Shown: in pieces, positions 9,142 through 17,453 of the stretch
Numbering within the stretch: the stretch's first letter is position 1
How the letters are laid out: every line of letters begins with the position of its first letter
Assembly (NCBI GenBank): GCA_963783305.1
Contig: CAWAMW010000007.1
Location: 288,001 to 352,000 of the forward strand
Length of the DNA: 64,000 bases
Direction of reading: 5' to 3'
DNA from: an uncultured Gemmatimonadales bacterium
Lineage (GTDB): Bacteria > Gemmatimonadota > Gemmatimonadetes > Longimicrobiales > RSA9
Translations under genes and position numbers: made by a program
The notes under the pieces: generated by a model
What the model saw: only the letters and a program-made list of their open reading frames with translations
Told to the model about the DNA's origin: nothing
Database searches by the model: none

Positions 9142-10029
9142 CTATGGCTCCAGCTCGCTCCGATTCCAGCCGCCGAGATCAGCCGCTGCGGCGTACGCGG
9201 AACGGAGGAAGGCCAAGGCACCCTCTTCGTCGACGGTCGCTTCAGCGGGCGCAGGCCATGGGAGCACGAACTCATGGAGATCCTGATGGTACGCGCCCCC
9301 CGAGGTGACCCGGGCCTCCGGGAATCCCTCCGGCTCGGGGTACGCGTAGGCGTAGAATGCCGGCTGCGGGAACGCCTCGCTGCCCGGCCACCAGCCGGCG
9401 CTGAACACCTCGTGTGAGTAGGCTTCCCGGGTCACCCAGTCCGCCAGGCTGGGGAACCCGCCCGGGTGGGGAGGGGCAGCTCGGCCCGAGAAGCGGCTGA
9501 CGGCGAGATCGAAGCTGCCCCAGAAGAAGTGCACGGGGCTGGATTTCCCGATGAACTCGCCACGGAACCGCCTGAGGATGCGATCCGCGCCAGCAAGGGC
9601 ACGGAAGAGGCTGGTGACCTTCTCCGCCTCGTATGAGCGGTGGACCCGGTCCTCGTCAAATGGGATCGGATTCGCCACTTCAACCGGCCGTCGCCAGAAA
9701 TCGACCTCGAGCCCGTGCTCGCGCAGCGCGCCCACGAGCCTGTCGTGGAACTCCGCCACTGTCATGGGCAGGAGCGGCACGCGGGCCGCGCTCCCGTCCG
9801 AAATGGTGATCCGACACTCGTGCTCCACCAGGTCCAGGTCGATCTCGAACGTCCTGTCACCATGAGGGAGCGGCCCCGTGCCGAGCCCGCGGGTGGTCAC
9901 GTGCTGGGCGATGTGCCACCAGTGGTTCACGGATGGGGCCAGCGCAAGCTGGATCTTTCCCACGATCTGGGTCCACATGTGGAGTGTTCCCAGCGACTCG
10001 CGCCAGGCCTCATACGGCTGACCGCTCAT
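9142..10029 (-). CDS. DUF5996 family protein
   Basis: TLHMWTQIVGKI, NHWWH, GKSSPVHFFWGSFDLAVSRFSGR, EAYSHE motifs. Confidence 0.85.
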   Translation of the reverse strand: MSGQPYEAWRESLGTLHMWTQIVGKIQLALAPSVNHWWHIAQHVTTRGLGTGPLPHGDRTFEIDLDLVEHECRITISDGSAARVPLLPMTVAEFHDRLVGALREHGLEVDFWRRPVEVANPIPFDEDRVHRSYEAEKVTSLFRALAGADRILRRFRGEFIGKSSPVHFFWGSFDLAVSRFSGRAAPPHPGGFPSLADWVTREAYSHEVFSAGWWPGSEAFPQPAFYAYAYPEPEGFPEARVTSGGAYHQDLHEFVLPWPAPAEATVDEEGALAFLRSAYAAAADLGGWNRSELEP

Positions 10030-10193
10030 GACGGCCCCCCGTCCGGTTCGGCGGCCGCTTCGTTCGCCTTTTCAAGGGCGGAATCGATTGTGGACGATGT
10101 GAGCGCAAGCTGGTCCGGGTAGCACCATGCCCAGTCCTCGCCCGGCTCGTAGAAGCGGATGACCTGGTCGAGGTGCGTGCACCGGGTGGCCAT
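10026..10193 (-). pseudogene. Internally deleted bacterial UBP-type zinc-finger gene (55 aa)
   Basis: MATRCTHLDQ joined directly to VIRFYEPGEDWAWCYPD; both ends match zf-UBP proteins but the central Cys/His core is missing; AAAGG RBS; ATGA overlap with DUF5996 gene. Confidence 0.65.
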
Positions 10194-10552
10194 GGTTCAG
10201 CCTTTCGTTGGGGCAGACTGTCGATTCAGCCGTCTTGGCGCGGGCCGCAAGGCAGGTTTCAGGGCGACCACGAGTGTGAGCGGGTGCGGGATCTGTGCCA
10301 GAGGCAGAATCCCGCGTGTGGCGCGCGGAGATTCGCCGAAGACCCGGGGTATGCGCCCCTCGGGGCGCGCTCGGCATGGGGAAGGGCGGGGCGGGGACCG
10401 CCAGATCAGGCGGCCCGAGTGGCCACCTCCCGGTGTGCGACGCGGGTCCCGTGGTCCATGGGGACGGTTCGCAGGAATCCATGGCTCATGGCACGACGGC
10501 TTGTGGGTCCGGAGTGAAAGGGGCCGGCGTCGGTCCGCGCGGAAGTGCCGCC

Positions 10553-11347
10553 TCAAAGCGTTCTCCAGGCGAACGCCGACCCCGCCACGACGGTCAGAGC
10601 CGCGGCCACTACCTGGTTGACGCGTAACCCCCGAACCACCTCCGACTCGCGGCGCAGCGGCTCGAGCCAGACACGGCCAAGCCCATACCATGCGAGCACG
10701 GCGAGGGCATAGGACCCGGTGGGGAACGGTCTCGGCCACAACCAGACCAGGCCGGCACACGCCAGGAGCCACCAGCCGATCTCGAGCCATTGCACGGGAA
10801 CGCGGCGCCTGCGGACGCCGAGGACATCGTGCTGCCGAAGCGCGAACCATCGGTCCGAATCGCGGCCTACGCAGCAGCCGTTGCAGATGCAGCCGAAACG
10901 GATCCACGCACCGCCCACGGCGATCGCAATGGCCGCGTGGTCCCAGAAGACGCCGGTGGGGATGCCGAAGATCGAGGCGAACAGGAGCGACGACGGCACC
11001 ACAACGAGGCTGCCGAGGACGCTCCCGCCACCCAGGCCGGGCCGCCGAGCCGTGGCAAGGAAGCCGGCCGCCCGGTAGACCCGGAAGTGTAGCGCCATAT
11101 GGTAGAGTCGTGCGGCGAGCAGTCCCACGATGGCGACCAGCAGCATTCCCGCCCCGAGCCGGAGCGGCGAGGTGTCGGATCTCAGGCCTACGGCCGCGGC
11201 CGTCAGGATGCCGGAGTAGATGCCGACGCAGCAGAATACCCGATAGGCGTTGACGCGGTGACCCGCGATCCTGAAGGAGCGCGGGAAGGCGGCAGCGTTC
11301 GCTGTGCTCCACGTTCCCTCGGCGCTCCGCTGGGTGAGGCGGGTCAT
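10553..11347 (-). CDS. Divergent prolipoprotein diacylglyceryl transferase (Lgt) family protein
   Basis: Polytopic membrane protein; WDH..IRFGCICNGCCVG, PVQWLE, YGLGRVWLEPLR match Lgt motifs; HGG motif replaced by VLGS. Confidence 0.75.
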   Translation of the reverse strand: MTRLTQRSAEGTWSTANAAAFPRSFRIAGHRVNAYRVFCCVGIYSGILTAAAVGLRSDTSPLRLGAGMLLVAIVGLLAARLYHMALHFRVYRAAGFLATARRPGLGGGSVLGSLVVVPSSLLFASIFGIPTGVFWDHAAIAIAVGGAWIRFGCICNGCCVGRDSDRWFALRQHDVLGVRRRRVPVQWLEIGWWLLACAGLVWLWPRPFPTGSYALAVLAWYGLGRVWLEPLRRESEVVRGLRVNQVVAAALTVVAGSAFAWRTL

Positions 11348-11766
11348 GAAAGCGCCCTGACGAGATCGAACGCGAGAGCGATCACGCCGATGGTGAGGGC
11401 CACGTCGGCGAGGTCGAAGGCCGGCCAGAAGCGCAGGCAGACGTAGTCACAGACCGACCCGCGCACCGACGTCTCGAGGGCATGGCTGAGCGAGCCACCG
11501 AGCAGCAGGCCGAACGCCCACCCCGTGGCTGGGAGCATCACGGCGGCGCCGATCGCCGCACCGGCGGCGGCGACCCACACGGCCCACAACGCTGGCAACG
11601 ACACCCCGCCCAGAGCACGCCGGCCCCAGATCTGGCTCTCCACTACGCGGAGTTCACCGAGGACGCCGAGAGGGAGGGTCCGTTCGCCCACGCGGCGGCG
11701 CACCACCCGCTTGACGGTGTGATCGAACATCGGAACCACGACGGCGCAGACCAGGAGGGCGTTCAT
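11344..11766 (-). CDS. Divergent lipoprotein signal peptidase II (LspA) family protein
   Basis: FDHTVK, LLLGGSLSH, GSVCDY and WPAFDLADVAL correspond to LspA DQxxK, GGALGN, VVDF and FNVAD. Confidence 0.75.
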   Translation of the reverse strand: MNALLVCAVVVPMFDHTVKRVVRRRVGERTLPLGVLGELRVVESQIWGRRALGGVSLPALWAVWVAAAGAAIGAAVMLPATGWAFGLLLGGSLSHALETSVRGSVCDYVCLRFWPAFDLADVALTIGVIALAFDLVRALS

Positions 11767-11784
11767 CGCAGGTCTGGTAGGCCC

Positions 11785-14430
11785 TCAGTACGCCGGGCGG
11801 CGGCTCCCGCCATGCCGCTGGGTGCCGAGTTGGATGCGCGAGATCCGCCCCTCGGGGTCGATCTCGATCGTCGTGGGCCAGCAGCGGACCCCGAACGCCC
11901 CGGCGACTCGGTGCTCCGCGTCCTCCACGACGGGGAGGGAAAGCCCGTGCTCGTTGCAGATCGCGTCGAGGTTGCGGGAATCGTGGCTGCCATGGAAGGC
12001 GAGGATGAACGGGGCCGCCTTGTCGGCATCGCGCATTGCCTGCACGCGGTGCAGCTCGGCGAGGCAGGGGGTGGACCAGGACTGCCAGAACGTGAGCAGC
12101 ACGGGCCGCCCACGGAGCCGGTGCAGCGCCCCAGAATGGCCCCGGTCGTCGCGGAAATGGAAGTCGGGCGCCGGGTCGCCCACACCCACGCTCAGCCGCA
12201 GGGGCCGAAAGCGCGGCTCTGGTGTGGCGCTCGTGTGCTGGTCGAGCGCCTGGGCGGCGGCCGCGGAATCGAGGGTGCCCGCGGCGCTCCAGGCGACCTC
12301 GCGGCGCGCATTGATCAGGAAGAGGGACGGCCGGTTGCTTACGTCGAAGGTTCGCGCCCACCCGCCCGCCGTATCCTCGACCACCTGCACGCGCGGGGCG
12401 GCGGTCGCCGGGAACACCTCGAGCCGGGTCTCGAGCTGGCGTCGGGAGGCCTCGAACGCGCCCGCCGGGAGTATGACGAACACGGCCAGCGCGATTTGCT
12501 GGCGACGGCGCGTTTTCAGCGCCGTGGCGAGACTGTCGAACGGCCGATCGGTGTCCCAGTCGGGGAAGAAGACGAGCGCATTCTGCGTGGGCCCCTGCTG
12601 CAGCGTGTCGTTCTGGACAGCGACGTCTGCCGCGACAGCGTCCCTGAGCGGCCCATCCTCCGGCACGTCCGGCATCCACACCGGCACGGTAACCGGCTCC
12701 CACCAGGACGGGGCGTCGAAGGCTACGACGGGCTCATTGACCTCGCACGTCGTGCCGGCGGTGACATCTTCCACGCTGCCGTCGGGCAGGATGCGCTCGC
12801 CCTCGATACGCAGGCAGATCCGGCTGAGCTCGGTGATGCCCGGCGGCTTCTCGAGGATGAAGCGGTCGGCGTCGGCCAAAGACTTCTCCTCACCGGACCA
12901 GATCGTGGGTCCCCGGAGCCGATCCGTCGGGTACTCGACCCAGGACCAGATGAAGCGGTCGATGCGACCACCGGGGATCCAGCTCTCGAACGCGGTGAAC
13001 GCGTCGCCCAGGCCGGTTTCGCTGATTCGCACCACCGGCGCGATCCGCTGCGCGCTCGTGAAATCGCCGCGGACGGTGACACCGTTCGTCGACATGTCCA
13101 GCTCCGTGTACCGGACGGACCCGGAGCCCTCGAAGGCCTGCAGCGCCTCGGTCAGGCTCTCGTTGGCGTCCCGGAACACGGCCCGGACCGCGGACTCGTT
13201 GGCGGCGAGGGCGGTGGCGATCTCGGATCTGACCATGTTGACCGCGCGGCTGTGGGGGATGAACCACGACTCGTCGACCTGGGGATCGCCCAACGCTTCG
13301 AGGTCCACTCTCCCTGTTGCGGGGTCCAGCACGAGCCCGATCCGCTGCTCGAATTCAACGTACCCGTCGGGCGCCCAGAACGTCTCGGTTTCGACCTCCA
13401 CGCGACCCTGGATCTCGATGAATGCGGCGTGGAAGCTCAGCGAGGGGCCCGCCGAGAACCGGAGCCCATAGGTCAACCGGCCGCCGAACAGCCCTGTGCG
13501 CAGACGTAGCGTGATGGTCCTTTGCGCGATGGCGTCGCGAATCCCGTCGAGGGCGATCTGGCTCGCCACGTACTCCCGACCGACGGCGAACGCGAACCCA
13601 CTGGAGCCGAGGGCTGGCTGCGTGATGCCGCCGAGGCCCGTCGGAGGGGCCGGACTGCCGGACAGCTGAAGGGGAAGGGCGATCGCGGTGTTCTGGCCGC
13701 TTCCCAGGCCCTTGAAACCCGTGAACGGGAATCCGTCCGGCAGGTCGATCGGCGGCATGACGATCCGCTCACGGAGGACCTTGCGGACCTGGCCGGTGAT
13801 CCTGGCGATGTCCGCGTCGCTGAGGCCGCTGGCCGGGCGGGGGACGAACTCGATCTTCTGGTCCTCCGCGGAGGGCTCGACAATAAGCCGCGCGCCAGCG
13901 CCGGCCCCCACCTTCCGGACCTCGAACACCGCGCGCACTTCGCCGTGGACATGCTCGGGCAGCTCGGTCGTGCCCGCGTCGGCTTCGTAGCGGACCCGCG
14001 CATCCGCGTGCACTGTGATCTCTGACGTCGACCCCTCGGCGACGCTGACCCGGACGGTCGACAGTTGCAGCGCGGCGGTGCCGCGGATCACGTCGCGCGG
14101 TGCCGGCACGGGGAACGCTTCGAGCTCCTCCAGCGACGCGGCCACCCGTCGAGCAGCACCCGGCGGCGAGGCTGCGACCAGCCGGTCACGGATCGGCTGC
14201 CGGGAGTCGGGAGGGCGCGTACGCTCCAGTTGGACCACCCAGTCGCCGAACGCCTCCAGCTCTGGCCCCCGGTGCCGCAGCTCGCCGACCTGTGTGCGCG
14301 CGCTGTGCAGCAGCTTCAGGGGCGCGTCGGCGCTCGCGCCGTTCTGGTGCAGAGTCGCGAGCAAGCCGTTGATCTGCCGGGTCGCGATCTGCACCACGGC
14401 ATCGAAGTCTCCGGTCAGTGGGTTCGGCAT
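11785..14430 (-). CDS. 881-aa protein: unknown N-terminal region plus two C-terminal thioredoxin-fold (TlpA/redoxin-like) modules
   Basis: VGDPAPDF...LLTFWQSWSTPCLAEL...FGVRCWPTTIEIDPEG; preceding degenerate copy (FDVSNRPSLFLINARREV); no signal peptide. Confidence 0.75.
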   Translation of the reverse strand: MPNPLTGDFDAVVQIATRQINGLLATLHQNGASADAPLKLLHSARTQVGELRHRGPELEAFGDWVVQLERTRPPDSRQPIRDRLVAASPPGAARRVAASLEELEAFPVPAPRDVIRGTAALQLSTVRVSVAEGSTSEITVHADARVRYEADAGTTELPEHVHGEVRAVFEVRKVGAGAGARLIVEPSAEDQKIEFVPRPASGLSDADIARITGQVRKVLRERIVMPPIDLPDGFPFTGFKGLGSGQNTAIALPLQLSGSPAPPTGLGGITQPALGSSGFAFAVGREYVASQIALDGIRDAIAQRTITLRLRTGLFGGRLTYGLRFSAGPSLSFHAAFIEIQGRVEVETETFWAPDGYVEFEQRIGLVLDPATGRVDLEALGDPQVDESWFIPHSRAVNMVRSEIATALAANESAVRAVFRDANESLTEALQAFEGSGSVRYTELDMSTNGVTVRGDFTSAQRIAPVVRISETGLGDAFTAFESWIPGGRIDRFIWSWVEYPTDRLRGPTIWSGEEKSLADADRFILEKPPGITELSRICLRIEGERILPDGSVEDVTAGTTCEVNEPVVAFDAPSWWEPVTVPVWMPDVPEDGPLRDAVAADVAVQNDTLQQGPTQNALVFFPDWDTDRPFDSLATALKTRRRQQIALAVFVILPAGAFEASRRQLETRLEVFPATAAPRVQVVEDTAGGWARTFDVSNRPSLFLINARREVAWSAAGTLDSAAAAQALDQHTSATPEPRFRPLRLSVGVGDPAPDFHFRDDRGHSGALHRLRGRPVLLTFWQSWSTPCLAELHRVQAMRDADKAAPFILAFHGSHDSRNLDAICNEHGLSLPVVEDAEHRVAGAFGVRCWPTTIEIDPEGRISRIQLGTQRHGGSRRPAY

Positions 14431-14431
14431 A

Positions 14432-15046
14432 TCAGCTCACGTCGATGCGCTGGACGATCAAGACGACGCTCCGAGTGTTGTAGCCGGATTGCCGATCGGC
14501 CGTCAGGGCTTCGTGCAGGGGAGGATCCTGGACCGGTCCAATGAACGCCGTGGCGTCGGTACTCGGCACGGTCTCCGATACGGACATCCTGCCGGGATCC
14601 CCGACGTCGAACGCGAGCAACAGCGGACTCATCCCGTCGAAGGCGAAATCCACCCACTTCAGCTCCATGACCTCTTCGCCCTCCTCAGCGGCGGGTACCA
14701 GGAGTGGGTAGCTCTCAGGGACCAGCTTCGGGTCGGCCGCCGAGTCGTACGGGTCGCCAACGCCCGACGGCTGGGAAATCGTGATGCTCTGGATGATGAG
14801 ATTGCTGTCCGGAGGGCGCTGCAGGGTGAGGCGGACCCTGTCGCCGGTCCCGGCCAGGCGGTCCGGCTCGATCCGCTGAACGAGGCAGCGGTTCCTCATC
14901 TCCCTCGTCTCCGCCAGCGTGATCTCGAAGGCCTTTCGCGGCACGGCCGATTCGAAAAGAAGGCTGCAGCCGGCAAAGCCGAAGAGGAGCACGACCGGAA
15001 CCAGAACGACCGGGATCAGGACGACTAATGCGAGCCACTCGATCAT
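14432..15046 (-). CDS. Putative lipoprotein with atypical signal peptide
   Basis: MIEWLALVVLIPVVLVPVVLLFGFAG-C: long hydrophobic segment ending in FAGC; GGAGAGG RBS. Confidence 0.7.
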   Translation of the reverse strand: MIEWLALVVLIPVVLVPVVLLFGFAGCSLLFESAVPRKAFEITLAETREMRNRCLVQRIEPDRLAGTGDRVRLTLQRPPDSNLIIQSITISQPSGVGDPYDSAADPKLVPESYPLLVPAAEEGEEVMELKWVDFAFDGMSPLLLAFDVGDPGRMSVSETVPSTDATAFIGPVQDPPLHEALTADRQSGYNTRSVVLIVQRIDVS

Positions 15047-15147
15047 CCGCCTCTCCCCGGGTGGAGGAACATGGAGCCGTCAGACAGCCGGATGGCGGCG
15101 TCGAAATCCGGCGCGAGCCCGAGGGCGAACAGGGCGAACCATGGCAT
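15043..15147 (-). CDS. Small ORF (34 aa) translationally coupled to the lipoprotein gene
   Basis: AAGGA RBS; MPWFALFALGLAPDFDAAIRLSDGSMFLHPGRGG*; TGA overlaps next ATG (ATGA). Confidence 0.4.
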   Translation of the reverse strand: MPWFALFALGLAPDFDAAIRLSDGSMFLHPGRGG

Positions 15148-15435
15148 GGGGGTCCTTGGTCGTGGGGGCTGGTCCGGACGCACCTCGTTCGGGCCAGTGA
15201 CCTGAGCGGGATCGGCAGCCGCCGTCGCCGCCTGTTCGACCAGGATTCGGCCGAGGGAAATACTTGTGAGGGCTGCAGATGCATACGTTGGGCTCCCGGT
15301 GAAGTCAATCGTGACGTTTGATACACGCCCGAAATCAAGATCGGAGAGAACTGGAGCGGATAGAGGAGTTGGGGGTGATAACGTCGAGCAGGAAGGGAAG
15401 CGCCGCCGCGCGCTGTGGTCGCAGGTTGGAGGGCC

Positions 15436-15479
15436 ATGGAATACCCCGAAGCGATCGGGTATCGCTTCGGGGTTTCCAT
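15436..15479. terminator. Long hairpin downstream of adh (terminator or mRNA stabiliser)
   Basis: ATGGAA-T-ACCCCGAAGCGAT-cgggt-ATCGCTTCGGGGT-TTCCAT; no U-tract on the minus strand. Confidence 0.45.
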
Positions 15480-15563
15480 TTGAGGACCGGCTGCGCTGTT
15501 GAGCGTGCGGGCCCGGGCTCTCACGGGTGCGGAACGATCCGCTTCCGCCCCGTCTTCCGCGGG

Positions 15564-16622
15564 TCAGCGGGAGATGGCGACCTTCATGGACTTGGTCTCC
15601 GCAGCCCGGCCGAAGATGTCGTACGCCTCCATCATATCATCCAGCTTGAAGCGGTGCGTCACGAACTGCTCGGGCTTCAGCTTGCCCTGGCTGACGAGCT
15701 TGAGGAGCATCGGCGTCGTGGTGGCGCTGACGAGCCCGGTGGTGATGCTGACGTCCTTGATCCAGAGCTCCTGCAGCTTGAGCTCCACCGACTTGCCGTG
15801 GACGCCCACATTGGCCACCGAGGCGCCCGGGCGGATGAGCGAAGTGCACATGTCGAACGTCTCGGGGATGCCTACAGCCTCGATGGCGACGTCCACGCCC
15901 AGGCCGCCGTCCGTCATGGCCAACACCTGATCCCGCCAATCGTCCTTGCCGCTGTTGACGGTGTCCGTGGCGCCAAACTTCCGCGCCATCTCGAGCCGGT
16001 TGTCGTCCAGGTCAATGGCGATGACGCGGGAGGCGCCGTGGAGCCCGGCGGTCATGATCACGGAGAGCCCGACGGGACCCGCGCCGACGACGGCCACCAC
16101 ATCACCCGGCTGCACGTCGCCGTTGCGGATGCCGATCTCGAATCCGGTAGGCAGGATATCGGAGAGCATGATCGCGGCCTCGTCGCTGACTTCGTCCGGA
16201 AGCTTGTGCAGCGAGTTGTCGGCGAACGGGATGCGCACGTATTCCGCCTGCGTCCCGTCGATCAGGTGGCCCAGGATCCAGCCGATCCCCGACGTCCCTT
16301 CGGCGTCCAGGCAGTGGGACGGAAGCTGCTGGTGGCAGTATGCGCACGAGCCGCACGCCGTGATGCACGAGATGATCACCCGGTCGCCGACCTCGAGCCC
16401 TTTCACCGCCGACCCTACTTCCGTGACCGTGCCGACGCCTTCATGGCCGAGGATCCGGCCGTCGGTGACCGCAGGCACGTCGCCCTTCAGGATATGCAGG
16501 TCCGTGCCGCAGATGGTGGTGGTATCGATCTGAACGATCGCGTCGGTAGGCTCCAGTATCTTCGGGTCCGGCACCTCTTCCCACGACTTCTGGCCGGGCC
16601 CGTGATAGACGAGTGCTTTCAT
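15564..16622 (-). CDS. Zinc-dependent alcohol dehydrogenase (MDR family)
   Basis: ICGTDLH, GHEGVG, CGSCAYC..C structural Zn, GAGPVG NAD-binding motif; AGGAAGGA RBS. Confidence 0.95.
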   Translation of the reverse strand: MKALVYHGPGQKSWEEVPDPKILEPTDAIVQIDTTTICGTDLHILKGDVPAVTDGRILGHEGVGTVTEVGSAVKGLEVGDRVIISCITACGSCAYCHQQLPSHCLDAEGTSGIGWILGHLIDGTQAEYVRIPFADNSLHKLPDEVSDEAAIMLSDILPTGFEIGIRNGDVQPGDVVAVVGAGPVGLSVIMTAGLHGASRVIAIDLDDNRLEMARKFGATDTVNSGKDDWRDQVLAMTDGGLGVDVAIEAVGIPETFDMCTSLIRPGASVANVGVHGKSVELKLQELWIKDVSITTGLVSATTTPMLLKLVSQGKLKPEQFVTHRFKLDDMMEAYDIFGRAAETKSMKVAISR

Positions 16623-16715
16623 GTGCGTTCCTTCCTGTACAGGGCTCATTCGAGGGTGACGCGTTGTCACCTGGTTCACTCAAAAAAGCCGTGGGGGGCG
16701 CGCTGCCCATACCCC

Positions 16716-16729
16716 ATGATCAAGATCAT
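16716..16729. promoter_or_regulatory. FNR/CRP-like palindrome upstream of adh
   Basis: ATGAT-CAAG-ATCAT versus FNR consensus TTGAT-N4-ATCAA. Confidence 0.4.
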
Positions 16730-16867
16730 TCCGAATGGGACGGCGGGAAGCCGGGAGATGCCGCGTTCTGGTGTGGGGAATCATCCCGACGCCACCGATT
16801 GCGGCATTGTCGACTTCGGCGGGGCTGGCTTCGTAGGCTCCAACCAGCCCGACTCGCTCCGGTGCAG

Positions 16868-17338
16868 TCAACGCTCGATCTCAGCCACTTCGTCGGGGTC
16901 ATAGCGGTCCGACGCGGCGAGGTACCGCTCGAGTGAGCCGGACACGAGAGCCGCACCGGAGGTCGAGCCGCCGGGGCGTGTTGAGGCCTCCTGGGCGGAT
17001 TTCGCCAGATCGATCAGCGGGGCGAGCTGGAGCGTGATCGAGTTGCGGGGGTCCGTGCCGCGGAAGTAATGAAGGATCGGATACTGAGCGTGGGCCTGGA
17101 TCAGGTGGATCAGCTCGCGGGCGACATGCTCGAGCCACCGCTCTCGTTCCTGCTCCAGGGACGAGGGGTGATCCCCGGTCGGGCCGGCCCTGTAGCTGAG
17201 AGCGGCGGAGAGGAGGGCGAATCGGCTCAGTGCCTGCAGGATCGAGAGGAGCCGGAGGGCCACGAGATCGGGGACGATACCGCCCGTCCCGAGTGTTGCG
17301 GCGGCGAATCCACTGAAGTAGAGCGCACGCTGGGGCAT
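16868..17338 (-). pseudogene. Truncated potassium-channel-family (Ion_trans_2-like) gene remnant
   Basis: ALYFSGFAAATLGTGGIVP (pore helix/filter-like, cf. TLGYGD) and YPILHYFR; N-terminal TMs absent. Confidence 0.55.
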
Positions 17339-17453
17339 TCCAGACCGTTCACGCTGTAGGGCGCCGGCCGATTCCAGTGGGGGGAAAGCCGGGCGGAGCC
17401 GTGGAAAGACGTGGCCTGCCGGCGGTCGGTCCGGCGCCGCGTTTTTGCCCGGC

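Noticed and set aside
10285..10300. Sigma54-like TGGCACAGATCCCGCA on the minus strand
   Set aside because: The -12 element lacks TT and the site lies in a hairpin; not distinguishable from chance.
15318..15338. TTGAT...ATCAA as an FNR box
   Set aside because: The spacer is 11 nt rather than 4.
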